From Haliotis cracherodii (lineage: Eukaryota): DNA of 64,000 nt. The position numbers were made by a program, and so were the translations under genes. How positions within the stretch are numbered: the stretch's first letter is position 1; each line of letters starts with the position of its first letter. The notes beneath the pieces were generated by a model. The model was given only the letters and a program-made list of their open reading frames with translations, made no database searches and was not told the origin of the DNA. Below, piece by piece: positions 23,826-37,000 of the stretch. The stretch covers positions 61,070,001 through 61,134,000 of the forward strand of contig NW_027266275.1 in NCBI RefSeq assembly GCF_022045235.1. Direction: 5' to 3'.

Positions 23826-26800
23826 GAAGTTGAATGTCTTTTCCTGAAACCGGTTTGGTAGTCGTAAAACAGCATCTGTACCGCCAACTGGGTAAAATGG
23901 TTTGCTTGTACCAAGGCCATCAAAAGTAAGGGGTTTTTTTTCAGTATATCGCCGCTATGAAATTGGTCTATACCGAAGTGTCCCAGGATGTTCTATGCCC
24001 ATTTCCGACATCGTCCATAATCCAATCTTCAAACGGTTTGCTTGAACCAACGCCGTCAAAAGCACCGCTCGCGGGACATCACCGCTATGAAACTGGCTTG
24101 TGTCGGAACGTCACCCATTTAAGACGTCGTCCATATTCGAGAAACTTCAAAGTACACCGGGAATCGCCTTCATGCGAATACCTAAAATTACCGTGCAGTG
24201 ACCCCAATACAACACGTGGCTGTGAAGGCCTTGGATAGCGTTAGCGCTTGGGGGACAAAATGGCGCCCTTGTGTCAAGCAATTCGGCAGTGAAGGAAAGC
24301 GAGCGCTCCGAATGGTTAAATGGCTCCCGGTCGGTACTATGTATTATAGATCAGATCGTCTTGAATTGGCACCGCCATTTTGTTTAAAACAATTGCAAGT
24401 GGTATGAGTGATTGAATCCACTCCTGTTAATCACACTGGCTTCGTCATCACATTGTTATCTTTGTACATTCATCCCACCATGTGTTGTGTAAACATATCA
24501 TGATAAACGTCCTCAGCATCACCTGATGAAGGAGCAAGAAGTAACTCTGAAACGCCGTGAACAAAGAATAAAAAAAGTTACTATCCATAAAAAAAAGTTT
24601 CATGTCATCATTTTCTTCTAACTTGTAAATGCCTTCAGTATGATACGCCTTTGTGTACAAATAAATAATGAAATAACTGGTCAGCGTATTTTGCTAAAAG
24701 CAAGGCACCGAACAGGAAATGTTATTTTGTTATTTCTATGTGCAAGTCTTTTGAAAACATACGAAATGAATGTAATATGCAATTTCCCATTCACCCGATA
24801 CAGGGAGATGCATCCAAACTGAAGCTGTTGCTTATTTAGCAAATTCCCGAATACTGCGCCCAACACCGAAGTTATCCATGAAATACCTGGGCCCACCTGC
24901 ACAAAGCGAACTTAGTACTGCGATTATCGTAAGTCTATGTTAAAGTATGGGAGTTACGATCATCTATCGCCAACATCGCTCTGCACACATCACTGATTGA
25001 ATACGCACTTATAAAATCTCAGTAGACAATTGAGGTCTGTTAGCGAGCGGAAGTTGTTTAAGTTCGACAGCTACTTAATTGCAATTACGCAGAAACTATG
25101 TAAGCCGATCATTCAAAGTGTGAACTTTAGATTGTGTGGGACTACTTTCACTGTTTATAAACCAACATGGCGTCGCCCTCGTCATTCGGCGATCGAGTCA
25201 GAATTAACCATCGTGAATCTGGATAAACTTCAGGGATAATTGCTATCATTATCAAAAGAACAGTCTAATATACTGAAAATCCGTGTTTAACTGTGACGTA
25301 TCTAAGGCATTTTATAAGTTTTGGCAACTTTGGAGATATAAATTTAGAAACATTTTTTGCGAGGGCACGAGGCCTAGCCGAGCGGGAACAATAGCCATAT
25401 CTGTGCTTGTAGACCTCTGCGGCTTGAAACCTTCTCCACAAATTAAAATGGTTTTATTTGGCTGAAATATATTTGAATTGTTACCTTGTTTCTTTTAGTC
25501 GCTGTGTGTACATCTGACTACACTTCTTGACATTATGACAGAGGGCAGTTACTCTAGCGGACAGACCGATGGATTGCCGCGAAAGGCAATTAAAAACAAT
25601 TGTTGTTTTGCGTATATGTTGCTTGGCACTGGATAAGAAACAGATTTTCGGTTGGAACTATATTGGCTACTGCCACTGTCCAACTGACATATCACTTACC
25701 CTATGACGTAATAAATATTAATGCGCCCATTCCAGGAAAACTCGCAATGTTTCGGTAATGTTTGTGAGATAGGGAAAGCGATTTTGAAGAACAGAATTAA
25801 AGAATGACATTATATGATAAAGAGGTTATCACGCTTGTGTGTTTGGTGATGGTAAATATCATGTATTAGGAATAAACACTATGCATTCCTAGAGGATATT
25901 TACCATCCCCAAACANNNNNNNNNNNNNNNNNNNNNNNNNNNNNNNNNNNNNNNNNNNNNNNNNNNNNNNNNNNNNNNNNNNNNNNNNNNNNNNNNNNNN
26001 NNNNNNNNNNNNNNNNNNNNNNNNNNNNNNNNNNNNNNNNNNNNNNNNNNNNNNNNNNNNNNNNNNNNNNNNNNNNNNNNNNNNNNNNNNNNNNNNNNNN
26101 NNNNNNNNNNNNNNNNNNNNNNNACTGAAGACATTAAATTACAAGACTTAATAAACCATAATTTAATGTATAAAATTACAAACACTAATGCGACACGACA
26201 TCACACATTCAGCCTGGAAATACATATCAACCACCCGATGCCCAATTCGTCTCTTTCGGCGAGAACAGAACCTGTTACGTTGATCCTGTATCGTCAGTGG
26301 GGTGGTGACAGGAGCAATGTTGCGAGAGTAGAGGAATCTGGATGGGTAGGAGGGATGTTGATAAGTACAAATGCGAGTGAGCTTATTTTCCACATCCTAA
26401 TTGGTGTAGAGTGAGTGAGTATAGTTTTACTCCGCTTTTAGCAATATTTCAGTAATATCACGGCGGGGGACACCAGAAATGGCCTTCACACATTGTACCC
26501 ATGTCGGGAATCGAACCCGGGCCTTCGGCCTGTCGTGCGAACGCTTTAACCATAAGGCTACACGAAAGCCACAAATGCGTCTAGAGATGGAGATAGTTAC
26601 AGACTCAAGATATCTCTACAGACTCCATATATTGATGCCTGTACGAACCATCAACTTCTTAACACTCAGCAATGTTTGTTTTACGCCACACCCATCCGAT
26701 GGATTGAGCTATGAGCTACGTCTCCCACTGTCAAGATAGTATGCCACACAATCAACCAAGTCACCGAGTCTGGGGTCCTATCCAAAATATTCTGAGAACT

Positions 26801-26952
26801 TCTCAGAGATCTTGCTCTCTAAGAATGTTTATGAATACCCACCTCGACCGCCAGATCCATTTAATCCAATCAAACGACGAACATAGATTGCCGGAAACCT
26901 ATAGCACATAGAATCCCACAAGTTGAAACACCTGATGAAAATAGCTCCCCGT

Positions 26953-27983
26953 TCATTCCATTCCAGTCCATTTGGGGTAAAAAAAACTTGAATAGTCACT
27001 ACTAAACAATTTTCGTAATACAGATCCTTCTCTTGCTGGGTATTTATAATACACAACAGTACCATTGTTTAGAAATCCAGACCACCATCCATACGTCCCG
27101 GTAGTTTGAATCAAATGATCACATCTCGCCATAATGGCCATATCTGCTATCGCTGTACCTCCAGTCACATGTATGACGCTACTGTCCTTCAGAAGATCCT
27201 TTAAGAAGTCAGGGGACTCAGTTGCAAGGACGAAAGTCACGTGACTGTACCTCGAGCGGAAGTACTCCATTGCACGTTTAATGTATTCCACTGGGGCAAG
27301 CTGATAACCAAAATCTTGGTAATATTTCGCGACTAAGTCCCCTCTTCTGTAATGGATGCCGACTAAGGTGGCACTCGCGTTGGCTGTCAATGACCTTTCC
27401 TCACGAATCTTATTAAGAATACCATCTGCCAATGCTTTTGTAGAATCTGAGAAAACAAATTGACTCCGGATTTTGTCCTCGACGTGAGGGAAGTATCGCC
27501 ATGACTGCAAATAACGTTCTATCCTGACATTTCTGTTTGAGTCGAACTTGGTCAATGCTTGGTCGAAGTCACACGGACGTTTTTCGACCAATTTCAAATG
27601 ACCGCTCAGTGACTGAATCTTCATAATTGTCGCGTCCAATTTGAAATGTTTCACCAGCGGGTTGCTTTCATCAATGGCAACACTCATATTCTTTCTCGAC
27701 GCAATACCATAAATAGATGCATAAGTAAACATCAGGTTTCCAAGGCGACCAGATTCCATACATATGATGAAATGTTTGTTTCGGTTTTCCGAAATACTGT
27801 TAGACGGGGTTTTATTCAGGTTTTGGCTCGGTGTTCCTATAGTTGTCTGCTGATTCTCCTCGCCGCCATCTTTGATGACGGACTTCGAAGGTTCTACGAC
27901 TGTTGGTAGATGACTTGACACGTGGAATCCGTACACCACTATGGAGGCAATACCAAGTAGAACCATATATATTAGTTTTCGAT
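26953..27983 (-). CDS. Alpha-1,2-fucosyltransferase (GT11), copy 2, main coding exon
   Basis: Same motifs and intact. About 40 aa differences from copy 1 and 4 from copy 3 (manual count). The ORF-track extension to 28092 is probably intron. Confidence 0.93.
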
Positions 27984-30900
27984 CTGAAACAAAAATATTA
28001 TTGAGTGAGATATTCGTCTTTTCTTCATGGTTTCTGCAATATGATCTCGGGGGACGCCATGGATGGACATAAATATATAGAGAATCGAACATGGGTTTTC
28101 AACTTGAGAACGAACTCGATGCTCAGTGCACGACTAATAAGCTAACCTGTTCTTGATGGGAACTGTAGTTAGTCGTCCGTCAATTGAACTACAGTAGTTT
28201 CGACAAAATTTGAACATGAAATCTGGTGGTTTTAGTGGGGCAGAAAGGTCCTGGCTCTATCGTACCATGCCCGATGTCCTATAAACTATATAAATATCGG
28301 ACTGTTGAAAAACAAATGGATTGTCTGTCACAAAAATTACATTGTCAAATAGTATATGAAATTGACGATCCCTAAATGGGGGCCCTTTAGGAGTAATTTA
28401 AAAAAAGCAATATATACAGTTGTCCGAAGAAATTACTTCTAAATGCATTTATACAGAAGACTGGTAGCCATGAAACTAATGTAGCAAATATATTTACCTC
28501 TTTTAAAAACATGCTTCCAGGTGACGTCCCGACAGACCATCTTGCAAACAGGATTCACGTCTACAGTTTTCCCAAACCTTTCCAGATGCACCTGTGGATC
28601 ATCACAAAACAACATAGTTTTAAAATCGGAGTTGAAAAGAATTGTACTAGCTAAAAGCGGCATAAAGCCATACTCAAACACTTTTACTAAGGCCATTATT
28701 TCGACTGCTGCTAATGCGCGATGTCGGGCAACAAACACTTACTGTTTTATACAAATTGTGTGAGTGGCGGGTGCTACCGGTAGGGCAGGTAATGCTTCCC
28801 CTTTTCGCGAACAGCTTGTGTCATCAGTGGTTTTCAGTGATCCAAGCATATAATTTTCACCACAATATGGCCCTCTACGATCAAATGAATATATTTTGTA
28901 GGATAATCGAGACTGGTTACTCTCTGGCGTTGATGTTCTATATCATCATTATCCATCTTCAGCCTTTATATCCATTATTCACATCTAACAGAATTTACTA
29001 TAATTAACTATTTAACTAAAAGTGGTGTATAGTATACACAAAACACACACTTTATATAACATAATATTATAATTTACTTTTCTTCCTTTATGTCCAATAT
29101 TCACATCTCACGTGCACATAATTTGTTTCTGTCGATTACGAATAATAATCTGTTGAGCCATACCAAGTAGATATTTTCATATTGACAAATGATTCTTTGC
29201 GGTAAATAATGATTGATTTAGTGTTGTTTTTAACCACCGCCAGACATATCCAACCTATCTCACTACGGCTTGTAAATAGTCCCGTCTGGCCCAGACAAAC
29301 CACTGGTGGATATTTTGAGAATATTTCATCGAGATACCACAAAAAATGGTATAACTCAGTACACTGATGTGGCGGGGCAGTTGGCCTGGGAGACATTTCA
29401 TCTATCTATCTATCTAGATATCTAGAGAGAATACAAAAGTTACTATTACTATAATTAAAATACAGCTACTATAATTAACTATTTAACTAATAGTGGAGCA
29501 TAGTATACACACAACGTGTTACATGTTTATATAACCACGCACTGTTACACGGGAATAAATATGAACAAATCTGTATATTACACGGCTGTTCTAGATGCCA
29601 GTGGCTTTTAAGTGTATAAATAAAATTTGATATTATGGGAAACTCTCCACACCCAATTGCAATGGACACGATGGTTTTCGTCCTTAACCCCTTGGATGCG
29701 AGAGTGACAACGCAGAATGAATTCTCGGACAAGTCTCAGCAATATCTTTTATCAAACCGGTTTAAATATTTGTAGTTAAACACAATCGGGTAGGAAATTT
29801 TATATTCTATATTTTTACGTAATTTTATAGCCGGGAGTAGATACAGTGCCGCGTGAGCGCAATTCTCGCATAACCCTCGACCCGTGAAGGTCCGGGGTAG
29901 AATAGGTCTTTAGCAACCTATGCTTGCCGTAAAAGGCGACTATGCATGTCGTAAGAGGCAACTAACGGGATCGGGTGGTCAGGCTCGCTGACTTGGTTGA
30001 TGCATGTCATCGATGCTCATGATATCAATCACTGGATTGTCTGGTCCAGACTCGATTATTTTCAGACCGCCGTCATGTAGCTGGAATATTGCTGAGTGTG
30101 GCGTTAAACAACAAACAAACAAAGCATAACCTTCACTTTTCAGGTCTTAGGAAAATGTGCGTCAGAAAAATTAACTTGGCATCCAGCGAGGGTTAACAAC
30201 AACAAATATGTGACGAATAGCGAGGGGTGCATTCTACTCCTGAAAATCCCCTCAGGTTTGCAACAAATGATTGAACATGGTTTTAACCGATATACCCAAA
30301 CGCCATGTTTCTCTCGCTTGACCTAACACGAATGCCCCCACGTCTGATTGACATTAATCCCTTGAAGACGCTTAGCTAATTATAAGGTTCACTTGGGGGC
30401 TAAATACAGTGACCACAGAACCCCGAACGATAATATGTCAAAATGATCTTCTGCATACTTTGTATGAACATATCTAATACCCTCAACCAGGTCACACCAC
30501 CATCAACTAGAGCCCCGATCATGGATACGACAGAAGGCCGCTATTCCACACGAACGCTCTTCGTCCGAGCCGTTGTTTGTTATGTAACGGATACAGTTAC
30601 TGGATGATGTGTTTCGCCAATCTGCTGGTTGATACAAAATATGCATGTGGTCAAATGGTTTTGTTGTGTGTGTTGCTATGGCACCGATCACCTGCATCTC
30701 AGTGTGTGCCATTCTTCACGTTGGAAATGAAAGATTAACCATCTAATGTGTATATGATCGATTGAGTGAATAGCATGAATATTTTCTGTACTAAAACAGG
30801 ATCCAGCACATAGTTAATACATAACATGAACAGACAGAGAAAAGATTTCCGCCAGTAAACCCTGCTTCACATTTTGTCTGGGTTAGGGCAACCTATCCAT

Positions 30901-30992
30901 AACACTAACACTAACCCGATCTCAACATAAATGATTTTTTTCAATACTTCTAGCCGGGGTTATGATGTTTCTAAATTTCGAGAAACATTTAC

Positions 30993-31008
30993 CTTGACAG
31001 TAGTACAT
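30993..31008 (-). CDS. Putative first coding micro-exon of FUT copy 2
   Basis: Identical ATGTACTACTGTCAAG|gtaaat. Confidence 0.5.
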
Positions 31009-34000
31009 ATGCTGACATAAACGAATTAACGGACGTCATAAACTGGTTGCGTAAAAACAAAACAAAACAAAACAAAAACGCCCAGTCTCTTTACGACTTT
31101 CGATCTGGATCAAAACTTCAGATCCAAATGGTCTACTGCTTCATTTGTATTGTATAGAAACCAATGTTGGGTAGAATAGTGTTGGCAGCAATATTCATTG
31201 TGTCAGCTGAACCAAAATAATCACTGTACGAATCGATTCTCCTCCTGTCAATGCAGTGTAACATAAAAGATAGTAACTCTCTTTCGCATAAGACTGTATA
31301 TAGTATCAAGCTTGACACATAAGCTATGAATAAAACTGTCCCTCAAAAATCAAGCTCGTCTTACCTCCTCCCTCACCCTTTACCGTCCTCAAGTGATGTC
31401 AATTGCAAAATGCCAATCAGTAACATTGAGCCCGCAGGTAGACTGGTGTCCGTGTCTGCGCATGTTCGGTTTATTACAGCCTGAGGCCGAATAAGCGATG
31501 CATTGTTATCGACACAATAGTAAGCTTATTACATAGACAATTGTTCCAAGACAAGCGCGACTTGATGCCTGCTTGTCAAGAGCCAAATACCAAGAATTAA
31601 TCTCATACCGCCAGAGAGTATGGATAATTAAAGAGTTTCTAATTAATTTGTACTGTACATCGACACAATATCTGATAATAATTATACAGTTTTTAGACCC
31701 TTAAAGGGACAAGACATCTATCAATCCATCATTATATCCTTGTTATCCTCTTTTATCATCCGGTCGTGTATACTTGTTCCCAAATTGAAATAAAAAAATC
31801 TAAAATGTCTTGTATTCCTGTTAGTACTTCCCTTCTTTATAGCAGATGAAAAACACATGAACGGACTGCGTAAGATGTGACGATGTGGCAAAGGTACTCG
31901 GCTTGCAGCAAGGAACCGTGGGTAGAAGAACGATTGGCTTCATACGACCGAGGCCTATATGGAGGTGAAGGGGTCGTTGTCGGCAACTCTACTTCTCAAC
32001 CGCCAACCGAAGAGATAATATTTTAACATACACGTCTAAGACACTCTCGCAGTTCCCCAAAACGCAGATCTCTTCAAAGTAAATTTATCTGATACTTTGT
32101 CCTGCTCTTGTGAAAATCCATGTGAAAAACAACATACACGTCTTTCTTGAATGTCTCAATTACACTATTCCCCAAAATGTCATGTTCGCTCACATTAATT
32201 AGAGCTGGAAGTTCACGTACAATGCAACATATTCTCTACGGTGATGATGTCCCTCGCCGTGATATTGCTGGAATAGTGATAAAAGCGGCGTAAAACCATA
32301 CTCACTCACTCACTCTACGGTGATGAATCTAAAGGTGAAGGTCACACTAACCTCATTTTCAACAGTGGTGGTATGGTGTCATGTAAATACGATAGACATG
32401 AATTATCAATAATACTGTAAATTGTACAAAGCTTTTTTCTTGTAAACTTGCAACTTGTAATTTGTATATGGAAGCATACCCACAGCATGAAAAACACTTG
32501 CTACTCGTCAGTCTACAACAACTCAAAACAGTCAAACACATTGTGTTATTCTATCCCCGGGAACCACTTGTGAATAGGCTAGTTGTTTAGAACAATATGC
32601 TTTTTATCAAGATCAATTTAAATTTGATTTCAGCGTTTTCTCTATACCCTTTTATGCATGTTTATGTTGCTTTATCTTATTGCTGATGTCAGTGTTCACA
32701 ATTCTCGTGTATCTTTATGATACACTTTAAAAATGTTTCTCCTTCCTAATCTAACGTTATAACACTTCAGATCATAACAATCATCTGATACACAGCAGAT
32801 GATGACTAGACATGTTGTATTTGGTTTTATTGTCCGTAAGGTCTTAAAATTGATTTTATTCGTCATTAAATCTTATGTCTAGTGCATATTTTCACAAACA
32901 GGACTGTTAGCTAATATAAGGAATCTAACATCCATTTGATCTTCCAGTTATCTTACTGACTGTTTTTTTTATCAAATAAGAGGATATACAACACACGTCA
33001 GACTAAGTAGAGACATTTTATGGATAACAATTTCTTTAGTTACATTTAGACATTAAGGTACAGATCCTTATACCGTTGTCAAACAAGGCAAGGATCTTTT
33101 CCGGAACATCCACCTTACAGTAAATATCGAAGTTGTTATCCATAAATTGTCTCTACTTTGTCATCCGGCGAAGAAATGCCTATCAAACATGTCATATGTC
33201 AGTCTGTTAACGAAGTTTTTTTCATATTTTGAAAAAGATAGTTGTGACAGGAAGGATTGTATGGTAACTGTAGCAGACAGATTGACAGACGTTATTGACG
33301 AGAGTTGCGTGTAACACCAGGTTATTTCAACGGCAGTGGCCTCGTAGAATGTTACTATACTTTAAGTGTTTCTGTGGGCAGTGACGGTCGTAATTCAAAC
33401 TCCTTGCACACTGACACCGCATCAACGTTATTTGTGCATCGCAACAACTTTTACTGACAGGGTGGGGAAGTTGGGTTGTGGTTCACGCGGAACGGACGAC
33501 ACTGTCTGTGTTTGCTGGGCTGCACCTTTGATATCGCCTCCAAAAATGTAATAGAATGACCCATTAAACGATGCTACACATCAAGAAAGCGTAGAAAGAA
33601 CAAGATTCGTTCGTTTGGTATATCAAGGCACCAATTCATCTTTCATAATTTTTTTACTTACTTACTTACTTACTTTGGAGATTTAACGTGCGCTTTCCGA
33701 CTGATGAGTATTTCGCACACGGGCCCAGCCAGGCCATTTAATGTGTTTCCGAAAGGGGCGAAAGTGGTCTGTGCATAATTTTTGTGTGTCTTCATGCCTT
33801 ATATATCCACAGTTAACGAAAACATGGACTACATGTATAAACATTATATATATATATATATATGTATATATACAGGCTAGGTATTTGCCCACAGCAACAC
33901 CTGCATAACTGTTTATTCACGCGTGGTGTGGCAGATTGTAATTAAACGATTAAACGAGAGCAGATATTGTAGACTCACCTGTAAATTGGGCCGACTCTGT

Positions 34001-37000
34001 AATTAGACACAACTTTGTCTGAGGCGAGTGACATTGTGCATTCAAGAGTAAACTGACCTAATTATAAGAAGAAAAGATTTTACTGAAGGTATTAGCCAAT
34101 TCGCATATTCAAAGAGACAGTTACAATGAATTGCGATTAGTGCGCTTTACTGGGCGCACTTCTTCAGATCCAATTAGCGTTGTGGGCGCTAATCAGTGCA
34201 TTAATTTGATTTGCTAAGCATTTTAGAAGCATTAGGTGTGGGTGTGTGTGTGTTGAAGATACTGTTATTAATGTCCTGGAGTACGCTGATGACCAAGCGC
34301 TACTCGCTGAAAATGAAAACGACCTAAACATGTTAGTAGACTGTCTGAATAGTGAGTGAGTGAGTGAGTTGGGTTTAACGCCGCTTTTAACAGTATTCCA
34401 GTTATATCGCGGCGTGTCAGCTTAATGTGGGAGGAAAGCCCGAAGTGATGCAGGTCTCAGACGTTTACCACTTCGGTGAAACCCACGAGCACGGTAATCG
34501 GGGCGAACCGGGATTCGAACCCACAATCATAGGTTTCTGGCGTGCCCAAGGGACGCAACTCTGCACAGCGAATCGCGGCGCCTTAGACGACTGGGCCACC
34601 CGTGCCCCCGACTGTCTGAATACCTTGTGCCATACCAACAATATGACCGTTAACAAGGCCAAATGGAAGATAATCCACTTCGGGCCTCCATCAATGAAAA
34701 AGACTAACGTTGCGTTTAAGTATGGTGACGAGACTTTAGAAACTGTTGACTCATATTCTTACTTGGGGATTCTACTAACGGAACACCTGGAGTATAAGCG
34801 TGTGGCGAGAGCAGCCGTCGGCTCTGCTAGTAGAGCACTGGGTTTACTCATGTCTAAGTACAAGATGCTGGGCGGGATGGAAGTTCGCACATTTATAACC
34901 CTCTACGACAAAATGGTGTGGTCAACTATAGAATACGGGCATGTATATGGGGCACATACAACATGTGATGTATCAACGCAGGAAAGAACAGAGCTATGAG
35001 GTTTTATCTTGGTCTTAGGAAGTATGCCCAAAAAACCCTGCTGTAAACGGTGATATGGCCTGGATTCCACCTGTTGTACGTCAGTGGTGCAGTACGGCAA
35101 GACTTTATAAAAGACTCTCTTATATAAAGCCGGACAGAATAACAGGCACGATTTATATGAGGTGAAATAGATGGGCTTCCAGAAGAAAACGAAATTTGAA
35201 CTTTAGAATACATCACAAGTTTAGTGAACTGGGCCTTGAACATTTTATTTCTTGTGAAAATAACTTTAATTCGCAATTCACTGTATCTGATGTCAAAAGC
35301 AAGGCTATGGATTTGTATGTGAAGAGTGGAAAGAGTCCATCAAGAAAGGGAGGTAATAAGTTGAGACTCTATTGTAAACTAGTAGGCAACAGCTGTCCAG
35401 CAACGTATGTTCTACTACCTGTGCCTCGTAGTCACAGAAGTGCAGAAGCCAAATTCAGATCTGGTACAGCCTCTTTACACATCGAGACAGGAAGATTTAA
35501 TAAAACACCAGTGAATGAAAGGTTTTGTTCTAATTGCCAAACTTTTATTGAAGATGAAATACATATTTTATTGAATTGTACTGTTTATAATGATGAGCGT
35601 CAACCTCTTTTAGCACAATGCTGTGATATGTTTCCTGGTTTTAATACTCTGAAATACTCTTGAAAAAGTGTCTTTTGTTTTATCAAATAATGTTATGTGT
35701 AATCTTAGTGCCAAAACCTGCCAAGCAATTTTACAAAAACATAAATCGGTTATTTATAACAAAGTGTGATATCTCTTTACTATTTCTATACGTTTGCTGT
35801 ACATAATCTTAAACGTTTTAGTCTCTCATAACACGTACTGTATTGAGCATTGTTGAGTGACCTAATTAATAATTTTATGTTGTTTTATATATGTTTGTAA
35901 ATTTTATACTGTATTACTCGGGTGAGACTTAAATGAACAATTGTCGGTCTGTCTGTCTGCATTAATTTAATTAGTTTAAATAGTACATTAATTAGCCGAG
36001 GCTCTACCACTGGACCAAGAGCGCCATCACGTAAGAGGTGCTCGTTTAACCCGAACGCAGTTCAAAGAAGATTTGATACAAGAAAAAGAAAACTTGAATA
36101 AATATTATCTAATTTAGATTAGGAACACCGACACGCCGACACTATTTACAAATCGTATTAACGATATCGGTACCAATTATTATAGCAAAACCACCCAGAA
36201 AAAGCAGGGAAAATTTGTCAATACAGATTCTCCGAAGTGGTTTGATAAAGAATGTTATGAACAAAGGAAAGAATTTAGATTATGTAAAAAGTGCTTTAAA
36301 AGTTCACCTTACAAACAAAAGAGACAGAATGTGCTACAGCGCCAGAGATTATATAAGAAGACAATAAGGATAAAATCATAACTTGGTCACTTGAAAAATA
36401 AACACTCAAGAGAATTCTGGAAACTTATTTATAAAGATAAAAGGAAAAGACGCGATTGTGATCTAAATATATCAGATTTCTATGAACACTTCAAGGCTTT
36501 ACATTCAGATATAAACTTTATAAATGTGACTGTGGAGGAAGAATTATTGAAAAATGCCTCAACTGAGTGTTATGGTACTTTAAATTCTCCAATAACATAG
36601 GAGGAAATAAATGTAGCTATTAAGCATATGAAAAAGACTTAATCACCTGGTATGGATAATTTTTGATTGAATATGCAAATTTCTGATTGAGGTTATGTGT
36701 AAAGATATCGTCAAATTATTTCATTCTTTATTGGACACGGGGTGTTTTCCATCAATATGGCCAGTTGGTGCTATTGTACACAAGAAGAATTCCCAAGAAG
36801 ACCCGAATAACTACAGGGGGGTCGCTCTTCTAGAGCAGTTTTCGAAAACTCTTCACCAAGGTTATAAATTGTAGATTATGACGTATTTCAAATTTGTTTA
36901 ATTTTATATCTGATGCTCAATATGGATTTAAAGAAGGATGTGGTACCATAGATTTTTATTTTGAATATTTTAATAGAACATATATTTAAAGATAAAGGTT

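Larger units (their letters stand above)
1..24466. repeat. Segmental tandem duplication unit 1 (left end is the window edge)
   Basis: The sequence at position 1 (cattcatcccaccatgtgttgtg...) recurs at 24467 and 45678, followed by a colinear FUT gene, SINEs and LINEs. Confidence 0.95.

Noticed and set aside
23038-23923. Cys/Tyr-rich repeat proteins
   Set aside because: These are overlapping ORFs in all frames of the second minisatellite.
27984-28092. 42-aa N-terminal extension of FUT copies 2 and 3 (MFDSLYIY...)
   Set aside because: Most of it lies upstream of a strong splice acceptor and its start is deleted in copy 1, so it is probably intron.
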